From Eledone cirrhosa (Eukaryota), in the NCBI GenBank assembly GCA_964016885.1, contig OZ024749.1, positions 5,952,001 to 6,016,000 of the forward strand: 64,000 nucleotides of DNA, read 5' to 3'. Below, in pieces: positions 29,746 through 43,322 of this stretch. Below the pieces are notes generated by a model. That model saw nothing but the letters and a program-made list of their open reading frames with translations. It ran no database searches and was not told where the DNA came from. The position numbers were made by a program, and so were the translations under genes. Each line of letters begins with the position of its first letter. The stretch's first letter is position 1.

Positions 29746-31443
29746 GTGAGGTGGTTGGTGTTGTAGGTTGTTATAAAGTTATGATAAGAAGTATCAACAA
29801 ATATTTATCAGCTGTAGTAGAAGCCTTAATTTATATTATTCCAGATTTCTTTGAAGCAAAGGAATCTAAGTAGATTTCTTTTATTCTCGGAGACTATATA
29901 AAACCAGCGAAGAGGAAAATATTGTAAGCCACGGCAACATCTTCCCTGTACAGTCCACCACCATCCAAACACTTGTCCGTCCATTCGTCCATTCCTCTGC
30001 AATAAAAACTATAACAACACTAAGAAAAAACAACACACTCGCGAAAACAAAACAAATAAAGAAACAAAATCGAAAACCAAACAAAGCAAAGGGAATAACT
30101 AAAATATAATAATAAATATAATAAAAACAATACACAAATATATGATTAATATTTTTTTGTGATATTGTAAAAAACTATCTCTGTATGTATATATAAGATG
30201 ATGGACATTGTAACATTTAGAATATATCATAATGTTTTCATATATCTTTTTCATTTGGTTGTCAAACAAGATTTATTCCATTTATTGTGTTAGTTTTTAA
30301 AAATATTTTTCTATTCTATTTTATTTTATTTTATTTTATTTTATTTCATATTTTATTTCATTCTTTTGTTCTTTCTCTAGAAATGTTATACTCTAATTTA
30401 AACACAACTGTTAAAAATCAATACTCAAACTTTCTTGTTTTTGTTTTGCTTTCCTTTCCATTTTGCATGTTTTGAATGGTTTTCTTGTGTTTTTGTTGTA
30501 TTCACTCCTCCTCCATCCTCTCCCTTATCTGCTTCTTTCTCCCTCCTCTCCTTCTCTCCCTCCTTCTGCTTCTTAATCTTTACAACGTCTCCATCTCCAT
30601 ACATACACTAACTACAGCATCAATAGAAATATGTGTCTCTATCAAACAGAACAGGGGATTGAAATTGAAATTGGAATTTCAGAATAACAGAATAGATTCT
30701 CTTTTAATAATCTGTTTCCGAGGATGGTGCATAGCGGAATAGTTGAGCTGAGAGGGAAATTGGACCAAGTGGCAATATTTTAGTTACGTTTCTTTTATAT
30801 GTGTTCTGAGTTCAAATATTGGTGGAATCTACTTCGACATTTGTCCTTCTGTGATCAATAAAATATATACCAATCAACTGTTGTTGTTGTTGTTGCTACT
30901 ATTGTTGTTGATGTTGTTGTTGTTGTTATTGTTCTTGAGGTTGCTGCTGTTATTGATGTTGTTGTTGCTGCTGCTGCTGTTGTTGTTGATGTTGTTGCTA
31001 CTATTGTTGTTGCTGTTGTTGATGTTGTTGTTGTTGCTGCTGCTGCTGCTGTTGTTGTTGATGTTGCAGTTGTTATTGTTATTGTTTTTGATGCTGCTAC
31101 TATAGATGTGGTACTTGTTGTTGTGGTTGTTATTGTTGATGTTGCAGTTATTGTTGTTGATATTGTGGTTGCTGTTGCTGTTCTAGATGTTACTGATATT
31201 GTTGTTGTTGTTGTTACAGCTCATAACTGTACAGGTTTTGCCAGGTTTTTAATAAGGATAGAGGCCCCACTTGTAATATGTCATCATTTTCCCAGTGGCA
31301 GAAAGGGTGGGTGGGGCAGGATTTGATCTCAGAAACAAAGGTGAAAAGAAAGGCATCCCATAGCTCATGCATGCCAGACATTCCTTGCTTCAATGATGGT
31401 TCAGACCGTTGAGGTATGTCATACATCAATTCATGTATTTTAT

Positions 31444-31500
31444 CTGACGAGGACGTACTGAAAAAAAAACAGCACAGTACATTCGAAATATATATATTAA
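31444..31500 (+). ncRNA. Hammerhead-like core
   Basis: CTGACGA, stem II GGACGTACTG/CAGTACATTC (9 of 10 paired), GAAA, AT-palindromic stem III; stem I weak. Confidence 0.55.
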
Positions 31501-31651
31501 AACTATATATTTTGATTATGTGAATGTCTTCATTTATTAATATTCTGAATAATATTAATAACTCCAGGAAACTTTCCTTGCAGAGTGCTTTTAATCTATT
31601 GTAAAACTATATTCATTGAGCAATCAATGAATCATATTAATATTTGGTTAT

Positions 31652-31702
<51 letters not shown>

Positions 31703-31840
31703 AAAAGAAATTGAAAATGCAACTGGAGTCTTTTGAGAATATTTATTTGCTTTATTGGTTTCACAGTTCTTATGATTATCAAAAGTAAAATTGACATGGG
31801 GGGATTGTGTTTCTGTTGTGGTCGGTCTTGCATCTATATC

Positions 31841-32416
<576 letters not shown>

Positions 32417-32419
32417 TTG

Positions 32420-32463
<44 letters not shown>

Positions 32464-32467
<4 letters not shown>

Positions 32468-32665
32468 GTATAATAAACAATACAATATAATTACCTCATT
32501 ACCAGTGATTTCCCGAATAAGACGAATACAAGAAACGTCCTCATTCGTTCGTCATACAAGGCGATACCCTTGTCTGACGAACGAATGAGGACGTTTCTTG
32601 TATTCGTCTTATTCGGGAAACCTCTGGTAATGAGGTAATTATATTGTATTGTTTATTATACATTA
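32464..32665. mobile_element. 98-bp-arm foldback containing an HHR (32574-32637, +)
   Basis: 6-nt loop; CTGACGA, long stem II CGAATGAGGACG/CGTCTTATTCG, GAAA, stem III CCTC/GAGG, GUA site. Confidence 0.75.
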
Positions 32666-32739
32666 AATTTAGCTCTGTAACTTACATAGAGCACTCTTCA
32701 CTCCTATGACTTTTTCAATTTTCAACAGAAACTTCAATA

Positions 32740-32787
<48 letters not shown>

Positions 32788-33789
32788 GATCATGTAGTTT
32801 TAGGATAGCTCTATGAGAAAATTAGAGCTAAAATCCAAGACCTCAGGGTTTTGCACGTTGCCAATAACAGGAAACATCATAACTAATATTTTGCAGAGAA
32901 TAATTTAATTATGTTAGAAATATGTATAGACAAAATAAGTATTATACTCACTGCCACTAGCTTTTGACAACGTCTATATGGAAGCATTTCATATAGTAAA
33001 AATCATCAACATTTACTGTTTATTAACATCAGCAAATATATAATTTTGTAGAATTGCTATTTGTTATCGATGTAATTCCCGATTGTTATTTGTATAATTA
33101 TGGTATCAACAATAAGGTTAATAATTTTTATTCATTTCAACCAAACGTTCATCATCATCATCATCATCATCATAGTTGTCTACATGTACGCCATCATCAC
33201 CCCCCCCCCCCAACCCCCAACCCCCACCACCACTATCACCAAAGTCAGTATTAAGCAGGTAACATTAGATCAAATTACGAAAAACACACAACTAATTGCT
33301 TCATTTCTGAACAACTGCACAAATTTGTTAATGATATCAATTGAAAAAAATAAATAATTCTGACCTGAAATAAAACAACATGCACTGCTCCCCCCCCCCC
33401 ACACACACATACATACAAAGACACAGGCGCGCACACACAAGCACACACGTACACACACACGAAACAGTTGGCATGATGATATGTGTCGGTGATGGTTGTT
33501 GGTCATATTGATGATAATAGTGATTGTGTTGATGGTGTTGTTGTTGATGTTAATGATGGTGTTGGTGGTGCTGTTGACGTTGTTGTTGATGTTGATGGTG
33601 GTGATGATGGTGATGGTGATGGCAGTGGTGATGAAGATGGCTGGAATTCAATCAGCAAATAGATATTAATTTAATTATATATAATTTAAATCATAACTTC
33701 AATTGGTTGTCTCACAAATTAGGATATTTGTTTAACTAAAAACATGGAAATTAATTTTATATGATGTCATTAGAAAAGCAAGATTGAAT

Positions 33790-36325
33790 TGTCATCATTA
33801 ATGGAAGCCTGATAGGGAGGCAAGGACAGCTGCTGTATTTTGTCATCATTAATGGAACCCAGGGAGGCAAAGGCACTTACTGTATGTTGTCATCGTTAAT
33901 GGAAGCCTGAGACAAGGACAGTTGCTGTATGTTGTCATCATTAATGGAACCCAGGGAGGCAAAGATACTTACTGTATGTTGTCATCGTTAATGTAAGCCA
34001 GAGACAAGGACAGTTACTGTATTTTGTCATCGTTAATGTAAGCCAGAGACAAGGACAGTTACTGTATTTTGTCATCGTTAATGTAAGCCAGAGACAAGGA
34101 CAGTTGCTGTATGTTGTCATCGTTAATAGAAGCCAGAGACAAGGACAGTTGCTGTATGTTGTCATCATTAATGTAAGCCAGAGACAAGGACAGTTACTGT
34201 ATTTTGTCATCGTTAATGTAAGCCAGAGACAAGGACAGTTACTGTATTTTGTCATCGTTAATGTAAGCCAGAGACAAGGACAGTTGCTGTATGTTGTCAT
34301 CGTTAATAGAAGCCAGAGACAAGGACAGTTGCTGTATGTTGTCATCATTAATGTAAGCCAGAGACAAGGACAGTTGCTGTATGTTGTCATCGTTAATGGA
34401 AGCCAGAGACAAGGACAGTTGCTGTATTTTGTCATCGTTAATGTAAGCCAGAGACAAGGACAGTTACTGTATTTTGTCATCGTTAATGGAAGCCAGAGAC
34501 AAGGACAGCTGCTGTATTTTGTCATCGTTAATAGAAGCCAGAGACAAGGACAGTTACTGTATTTTGTCATCGTTAATGGAAGCCAGAGACAAGGACAGCT
34601 GCTGTATTTTGTCATCGTTAATAGAAGCCAGAGACAAGGACAGCTGCTGTATTTTGTCATCGTTAATAGAAGCCAGAGACAAGGACAGTTACTGTATTTT
34701 GTCATCGTTAATGTAAGCCAGAGACAAGGACAGTTGCTGTATGTTGTCATCGTTAATGTAAGCCAGAGACAAGGACAGTTACTGTATTTTGTCATCGTTA
34801 ATGGAAGCCAGAGACAAGGACAGCTGCTGTATTTTGTCATCGTTAATAGAAGCCAGAGACAAGGACAGTTACTGTATTTTGTCATCGTTAATGTAAGCCA
34901 GAGACAAGGACAGTTGCTGTATGTTGTCATCGTTAATGTAAGCCAGAGACAAGGACAGTTACTGTATTTTGTCATCGTTAATGGAAGCCAGAGACAAGGA
35001 CAGTTGCTGTATGTTGTCATCGTTAATGGAAGCCAGAGACAAGGACAGCTGCTGTATTTTGTCATCGTTAATAGAAGCCAGAGACAAGGACAGTTGCTGT
35101 ATGTTGTCATCATTAATGTAAGCCAGAGACAAGGACAGTTACTGTATTTTGTCATCGTTAATGTAAGCCAGAGACAAGGACAGTTGCTGTATTTTGTCAT
35201 CGTTAATGTAAGCCAGAGACAAGGACAGCTGCTGTATTTTGTCATCGTTAATGGAAGCCAGAGACAAGGACAGTTACTGTATTTTGTCATCGTTAATGTA
35301 AGCCAGAGACAAGGACAGTTGCTGTATTTTGTCATCGTTAATGTAAGCCAGAGACAAGGACAGCTGCTGTATTTTGTCATCGTTAATAGAAGCCAGAGAC
35401 AGGGACAGTTGCTGTATGTTGTCATCGTTAATGTAAGCCAGAGACAAGGACAGTTGCTGTATTTTGTCATCGTTAATGTAAGCCAGAGACAAGGACAGCT
35501 GCTGTATTTTGTCATCGTTAATAGAAGCCAGAGACAAGGACAGTTGCTGTATGTTGTCATCATTAATGTAAGCCAGAGACAAGGACAGTTGCTGTATGTT
35601 GTCATCGTTAATGGAAGCCAGAGACAAGGACAGTTACTGTATGTTGTCATCGTTAATGGAAGCCAGAGACAAGGACAGTTGCTGTATGTTGTCATCGTTA
35701 ATGGAAGCCAGAGACAAGGACAGTTGCTGTATGTTGTCATCGTTAATGTAAGCCAGAGACAAGGACAGTTGCTGTATTTTGTCATCGTTAATGTAAGCCA
35801 GAGACAAGGACAGCTGCTGTATTTTGTCATCGTTAATAGAAGCCAGAGACAAGGACAGTTGCTGTATGTTGTCATCGTTAATGGAAGCCAGAGACAAGGA
35901 CAGTTGCTGTATGTTGTCATCGTTAATGGAAGCCTGAGACAAGGACAGTTGCTGTATGTTGTCATCGTTAATGGAAGCCAGAGACAAGGACAGTTACTGT
36001 ATGTTGTCATCGTTAATGGAAGCCAGAGACAAGGACAGTTGCTGTATGTTGTCATCGTTAATGGAAGCCTGAGACAAGGACAGTTACTGTATGTTGTCAT
36101 CGTTAATGGAAGCCAGAGACAAGGACAGTTGCTGTATGTTGTCATCGTTAATGGAAGCCAGAGACAAGGACAGTTGCTGTATGTTGTCATCGTTAATGTA
36201 AGCCAGTGACAAGGACAGTTACTGTATGTTGTCATCGTTAATGGAAGCCAGAGACAAGGACAGTTGCTGTATGTTGTCATCGTTAATGTAAGCCAGTGAC
36301 AAGGACAGTTGCTGTATGTTGTCAT
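33790..36325. repeat. 45-bp minisatellite, ~55 copies
   Basis: Unit GTCATCGTTAAT(GTA/GGA/AGA)AGCCAGAGACAAGGACAGYTRCTGTATKTT. Confidence 0.97.
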
Positions 36326-36630
36326 TGTTTCTCTTTCCTTTTAATATTTATCTATATGCTTTATTTTCTTTACTGTTGCGTTAAATGGTGGGATGACGAA
36401 AATTGCAGAAACAAACAAACAATAATTTTTGAGTCATTAACTCAGGTGAGGTTCTTTCTTTTATTGAATTCTCTTGTTGATATTTTTATTCATTTAGTTG
36501 TTTTGTTAATTTTGTTTACTCTATTGCATGTAAACTCCCACTGTCCCCGTTTTTGTATTGTCCTCTAAATTCGGCCCTTGTGGAAATCATTATTAGTATC
36601 TGGGCGGTGGAAATAATTATTATTATATAC

Positions 36631-36822
36631 GGGCAGTGGATTGGCAGTATCGGTAGAGAGTCGGACGCCATGCTTTACAGCATAGTTACGTCCCTTTACG
36701 GTCTGAGTTCAAATCCCGCCGAGGTTTACTTTGCCTTTCGTCCTTACGGGGTCGATAAAATAAAGTACCAGTAATGCACTGTGTATTTGCTGGCCTTGTG
36801 CCTAAAGTAGAAACAATTATTA
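36631..36822 (+). mobile_element. SINE family A
   Basis: Full-length match. Confidence 0.88.
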
Positions 36823-37215
36823 TTATCTCTATTTTATTTATTTATTGTATCTTATTTTATTTATTTATTGTATTTTATTTTATTTATTTATTTTAATTCA
36901 TTTTATTTATTTATTTTATTTTTGTTTATTTGTATTTATTTATTAGGGTCATTGAAGAGAAGTCCCACTCTGGGGTACTAACGTTGATAGTAACATATCT
37001 ATTAGATTATACAATTCCCAGTACTAAGTCTGTCAACCATATATTTTAGAAATCTTGTGTTTTATTATGCACCAAATGGAGTTTCAGCTCGGCACATTGA
37101 TTTTTATTCACCCCACTCAAGCTAATACATATGTATTGTATGTATGTGTATATATATATGTATGTGTATATATATATGTATATAAATATATATATATAAA
37201 TATATATATATGTAT

Positions 37216-37248
<33 letters not shown>

Positions 37249-37251
37249 CAT

Positions 37252-37282
<31 letters not shown>

Positions 37283-37295
37283 CATACACGCACAA

Positions 37296-37356
<61 letters not shown>

Positions 37357-37488
37357 TGTATGTATATTCATATATATTATCATCCTCATTATCGTATAAC
37401 GTCCATTTTCCATGCTAGCATGTGTCATATATAAATATATATATGTATGTATGTATATACATACAACCACACACACACACACACACAA

Positions 37489-37565
<77 letters not shown>

Positions 37566-38229
37566 GTAGAATAATCGAGTATCGAAAAATCGGCGCACGA
37601 GTTCACGATAAACAAAATTCGAAATGAGCGGCAGAGGGCTCAATAATTCAGATAAATCAGAGCTATAACTATCGTTAAAATACCGTGACACATAGAACAA
37701 GTCTATCATCAACCGTACGACCGAAAAATTGCGATCTGGAAGATTCGGGACACTCCGAAAAAATATCAATAAATCAATAAATCAAATGAATGTAAAAAGC
37801 ATACCCGGACCCGCTCGAATGATGGTAAATCTAGCTTCTTGGGTTTCTGTAAATCCTTAAACTGCCCTCTATCAGCTCACATAAAAATATATAAGACTTC
37901 TAGAGGCCAGCGGGCGGGAATATATATATATATACAGAAACACACATGCACTTGCACACACATGCATATATATATATATTACATACATTTGTATATATGG
38001 GTAACAACCATTTCTGTTAAAAATATTGAATTGAAAACATGGCTGTGTCCCGTTTCAGTTTTCTCCTCGAGAGTTCAGTTCCTTATATGGACATTACAAT
38101 TTGTTGTGAACAGTAAAGTTTCCAAATCCATTCTCAACCATTCCAGATCTTCACAATCTCATCGTCTGATTGAAGTGATGTTTACATGTGTTACTACTTC
38201 TTTATAGGAACCAGGATCATTCAGGTCCC

Positions 38230-38930
38230 GTGGACCAGAGTTTTAATGTTTACCAGGGACATTGTCTTAGAGAGGTGTAGGTGAGCAAGGTCAGTTTTTA
38301 TCACCTCGTCCCAGGTCTTTCTCGGTCTACCCACTCCGTAGCTTTAATCAGTTTTGATCGCACTGCACTTTCTTATACAACTGTTATCCTTTATACCCAT
38401 CACATGTCCAGACCAACGCTATCTCCTCTCTCTCTCTTTATATATATATATATATAAGCAATGGAAACCGCGGAGTGGGGAGACCCAAGAAGACCTGGGA
38501 TGAGGTGATAAAAGCCACCTTACCCAATTACACCTCTCAAAGGCGATGAGACATGACCGTGACCTCTGGCGTCACGCAGTAATACAGAGTACCCGACCTC
38601 CCATGGGTACAAGCTGAAGCATATAGACAATATGCCCCAACACCCTCCCACTGCAAAGTGGTCGTGGAGGTGCCACGACAAAAAAGGCACCCAGCCCACA
38701 CTGTAAAGTGGACGTGTAGGCACCACGGAAAAAAAGCACCCAGCACTCACTGTAAATGAGGTGGGTGTTAGGAAGGGCATCCAGCTGAAGCCAAAATCAG
38801 TTCCTGTATGAGCAAGGCATGGTCAGCCGACCAGACACTGCCCACAACAGGAAAACCCGTCTAACCCATGCTAGCATGGAAGAACGGACGTAAAACGGTG
38901 ATAATTATAATGATGATGATGATGATGATG
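38230..38930. mobile_element. Two RTE 3' fragments in opposite orientation (- ~38230-38430; + ~38460-38930)
   Basis: GRPKKTWDEVIK motif on both strands; the + copy ends in 48-bp modules and a (GAT)n tail. Confidence 0.75.
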
Positions 38931-39489
38931 ATGCTGATTGTGCTGTTTTATGAGTATTTCAAACATAACAAGTTGTCTATTTTTGTACAACATTCTGTAA
39001 AAGATCAACTGGAGATCCACTAATGTTTCTCTCTACAGTCCTGTGGTTGTGATGTTTGAGATGGTTTATTGAAAGTCCTCCTTACACCATAAGTACATGC
39101 TAAGCCACCAGGGTGTGTGTCATACTTTTATGGCCAATAAAACATTGGGAGTCACAAAGTTAACAATTTTCATGTATGAAATCAAATTCATAGCATCAGA
39201 AACCATTGTGTTAGAACTGTAAGTGGCAACATAAGGAGACTGTGTATCTATGGGGCAGACATTGGAATGTGCTGGTAAGTGAGTTATTTCCAAATGTGCT
39301 TCGATGGGAGAGGGAGAGATTGTTGTCTAATTTGTGGTTTCCAGTGGAGTCAGTCCTCTATATTTTATTATGAGTGAATATTATGTAAATAGCGCAGCAA
39401 TCTCATATTACATGAATTGATTGTGAAACTCGGATATAATCAGTATTTTAAATACATTAGGAACCTAAGAGAAATAAATTGTGTTTTAT

Positions 39490-40655
39490 GTGTCTGTATT
39501 TGGGTGCTTGTACATGTCTGCGTAATTCTGTGTCTGTGTAACTATGTGTGTGTCTGTGTAATTCTGTGTGTGTGTAATTCTGTGTCCGTGTAATTCTGTG
39601 TGTGTCTGTGTATTTCTGTGTGAGTCTGTGTATTTCTGTGTAATTCTGTGTCTGTGTAATTCTGTGTATGTGTGTGTAATTATGTGTGTGTCTGTGTAAT
39701 TCTGTATGTGTCTGTGTAATTCTGTGTCCGTGTAATTATGTGTGTGTCTGTGTAATTCTGTGGCTGTGTAATTATGTGACCGTGTAATTCTGTGTGAGTC
39801 TGTGTAATTCTGTGTCTGTGTAATTCTGTGTGTGTGTAATTATGTGTGTGTCTGTGTAATTCTGTGGCTGTGTAATTCTGTGTGTCTGTGTAATTCTGTA
39901 TGTGTATGTGTAATTATGTGTGTGTGTAATTATGTGTGTGTCTGTGTAATTCTGTATGTGTCTGTGTAATTCTGTGTCTGTGTAATTTTCTGTGTGTGTA
40001 ATTCTATGTCTGTGTAATTATTTGTGTGTGTATTTCAGTGTCTGTGTAATTCTGTATGTGCGTAATTCGGTGTCTGTGTAATTATGTGTGTGTCTGTGTA
40101 ATTCTGTGTGTGTCTGTGTAATCCTATGTGTGTCTGTGAAATACTGTGTGTGTGTAATTATGTGTGTGTATAAGTCAGTGTGTGTGTCATTCTGTGTGTG
40201 CGTAATTATGTGTGTGTGTAATTCTGTGAGTGTGTAATTCTGTATGTTTCTGTGTAATTCTGTTGTGTGTGCCTGTGTAATTATGCGTGTGTAATTATGT
40301 GTGTGTGTAATTATGTGTGTGTCTGTGTAATTCTGTGTGTGTCTGTGTAATTTTGTGTGTGTGTAATTCAGTGTCTGTGTAATTCTGTGTCTGTGTAATT
40401 ATGTGTGTGTATAATTCAGTGTGTGTGTCATTCTGTGTGTGTGTAATTCTGTGTGTGTCTGTGTAATTCTGTGTCTGTGTAATTCTGTGTCTGTGTAATT
40501 ATGTGTATGTGTGTGTAAGTATGTGTGTGTCTGTGTAATCATGTGTGTGTAATTTTGTGTGTGTGTAATTCTGTGTGTGTCTGTGTAATTGAATGTGTGT
40601 AATTCTGTGTCTGTGTAATTCTGTGTGTGTCTGTGTAAGTTTGTGTATGTGTGTG
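39490..40655. repeat. Degenerate (TG)n-derived satellite with recurring TGTGTAATT(C/A)TGTG motif
   Basis: Direct reading. Confidence 0.9.
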
Positions 40656-41525
40656 GCTATGCTAGTGAGTGACTGTGTTTGTGTGTGTTTTTTAGCGTGT
40701 GCGCACTCATGTGAGTACGTTGGTGTGCCTCCTTAGACGCGTACATTTGTGTATGTACAGTCTTGGCTGTGTGAACCTGTATATGTGTGTATATGTGCAT
40801 ATTGTGTATGTGTCTTTTCAAATGTGATGTGAGTGTACTTGTGTATCTACATGTGTGAGTGTATGTGTGCTGAGAATGCTTTCGTCTATGCTTACTTCTG
40901 TGTGTGTGTGTGTGTGTTTTTGTGTGTGTGTGTATGCATATTAGTGAGTGTGTGGGTAGAGATATGAGCATGTGTATATATGTATATAATTTATTTATGA
41001 CATTTCAAATGCATGTGCATGTATGCTTGTATATATATATATAAATATGTGCTTGTATGTGACATCTTTGATTGCTTACTTCTTTGTGTGTGTGTGTGTG
41101 TAAATGTAAGCATGTGTGCAAGTGTAAATGTGCATGTGTGTATGTTACTCCCAGTGTGTGAAAGTACATTTTTCAATACCACTAGAAAGTTTTAGTATAT
41201 ATAAAATCTCGGAGGCAGCTATACGCTTATTAATAACCCCTACCACCTACCCACCACCTCTTCACCAAATATTATACAATTATAATTACATTACAAATCA
41301 AAATGATAATTTTATTTAAACTATAGGCTATTTGATTGGATAATTGCAGTGATTTATAGTAAAGCTTGTATGGTTATTAGGCTGTATGGTGTTCTATCAT
41401 AACTTTACTATTTCAAGACTATGAGAATTCAAATCAACATGTAACACTGAACCATATAAAATTACCCCTTGATAGGACCCTACACCAAACTACCCATGGT
41501 TCTATTTTAGAATATTTAGATTTAA

Positions 41526-41930
41526 CCCTTTAGCATTTACATTACATTCACTATTGTATTTTTAAAGGCTATATCTCACATAATATCGAATCTTTGAGAT
41601 TTTGATATTATTTATTTTGAGAAGAATATCTTAACATTAGTATGAGTGACCAGTTATGGCCAGTTTGAACAAAAAGAGATGAGAGTATTCTGGTTGGATA
41701 CAGCTGGTTTAACCCTTTATCATTTAATTACTCTATATATAATATTTAATTTTTGCGGTAAAGGCTTTGGGTTAAGCCATCATGAATCATCTATGATTTT
41801 TTCAAGGTATTTTCCAAACACCAGTTTACAAATATTTAATAATCCCCCTAAAAACTTTTTTCTCTTTTTTTGCCAAAATTAATTTCAAAGCCTAGTCTGT
41901 ATATCTCATTGGAAATATGGTAATGTAAGG
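41526..41930. mobile_element. piggyBac-type MITE with a second TTAA/CCC element inserted at an internal TTAA (~41713)
   Basis: TTAACCCTTTAGCATTTAC start; TTAACCCTTTATC...GTAATGTAAGGGTTA. Confidence 0.6.
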
Positions 41931-42034
41931 GTTAGCTACTGACTGGCCAGTCGTGTCCACAACTAAATAGAAGGGTGACAATAGTGATTGTTATAGATCT
42001 GTGGAGGTAACATAATCACTTGACTGACTACCTA

Positions 42035-42170
42035 GGTACCACAGTAAAGCTATGATCAGTTAGGGTTCACCTAGGGCTCTAAGTACCATACTAAAGCTAT
42101 GATCAGTTAGGGTTCACCTAGGGCTCTAGGTACCACACTAAAGCTATGATCAGTTAGGGTTCACCTGGGG
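42035..42170. repeat. 47-bp tandem repeat, 3 copies
   Basis: TAAAGCTATGATCAGTTAGGGTTCACC at 42045, 42092, 42139. Confidence 0.9.
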
Positions 42171-42362
42171 ATCTGTGTCAAAAAAAAAAAACTACAGTTT
42201 CCTCTTTGAGAATTAATCTAATTCTTTCCAGAAGTGTTTACATTATCTCCACAGATCTATAACTCCCTTCTATTTAGTTATGGATTATAGTGATTGCTCA
42301 GTAGCTAAACGTAATTTAACCATATTTCCAGTAAGATATACTAACTTTACACCATTTCACTT

Positions 42363-42888
42363 GGACACACACACAAATTGTCTTCTGTTCAATTATCTCC
42401 CCTTATTGACACTCTTCCGTTTATTTTCTGTATCAAATAAGACAAACCAGAAATATAGAAAAATAGAAAAATGTGAAATTTGAAGGCTACAACAATGCGT
42501 AATGGACAAACAAGAAAATACGATGAAGCAAGATGTTATGTGTCACCTCATTTATTTGTTCCAGATATTTCGAGATAAAATCTCTTCGGAGGAGGAATAT
42601 AACAAGTGATCAGTCCAGTTTCAGTAAACACACTTAGTCTATTTCACAGAAACTACATAACAAGATGGCTGCAGTTTGATAATGTCTGTCTTACTCATAC
42701 TGGTGACTGGTGTGGGACAATGGTTGGTTTACAGAAAATAAGAGTGTAGGTTGGTGGTTGGTTTAGGGTGAAATATGGATGGTTATTTCTGGTTGATTTT
42801 TTTTTTTTGATTGACACACATAATAAACAGAAGGATGTGAACAAAGGGAGATAACTGAATACAACACAATTTACACGAGTGTGCCCAT
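42363..42888. repeat. Old inverted repeat, ~90-bp arms
   Basis: TTCAATTATCTCCCCTT...AACCAGAAATA vs TATTTCTGGTT...AAGGGAGATAACTGAA. Confidence 0.6.
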
Positions 42889-42967
42889 ACCTCATGTTGT
42901 AACCTTCCTTTTCAATTTGTCATCTTTGTCTGGAAATAGATCATCAACGTGATTTTATTTGTTACGA

Positions 42968-43322
42968 GAGGTTGTGAGTTTAATTCTCAGACCGGGTGAT
43001 GTGTTGTTTCCTTGAGTAAGACACTTTATTTCACATTGGTCCAGTTTACTCAGCTGTAGAAATGAGATGATAGGGACTGGGGTCCCTATCATTCCACTGC
43101 AAAGTGGTCGTGAAGGTGCCATGGCAAAAAAGCACCCAGCCCACACTGTAGAGTGAACATGTATGTGCCACAGAAAAACAGCATCCAGCACTCACTGTAA
43201 ATGAGGTTGGTGTTAGAAAGGGTATCCAGCTGTAGAAATCAAACCAGAATCAGTTCCTGTCCCACCCTTGCAAGCAGGGAAAAGCAGACATAAATTGATG
43301 ATGATGATGATGATGATGATGA
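42968..43322 (+). mobile_element. SINE family B (two 48-bp modules)
   Basis: Family match with (GAT)n tail. Confidence 0.88.

Noticed and set aside
33941-36325. 794-aa Cys-rich and 701-aa ORFs
   Set aside because: By-products of a 45-bp tandem unit; no unique flanking coding sequence or recognisable domain
39038-39273. Possible exon (TTTCTCTCTACAG ... GTAAGT); similar case at 4113-4171
   Set aside because: All three frames contain stops; splice-like motifs alone are insufficient without transcript data
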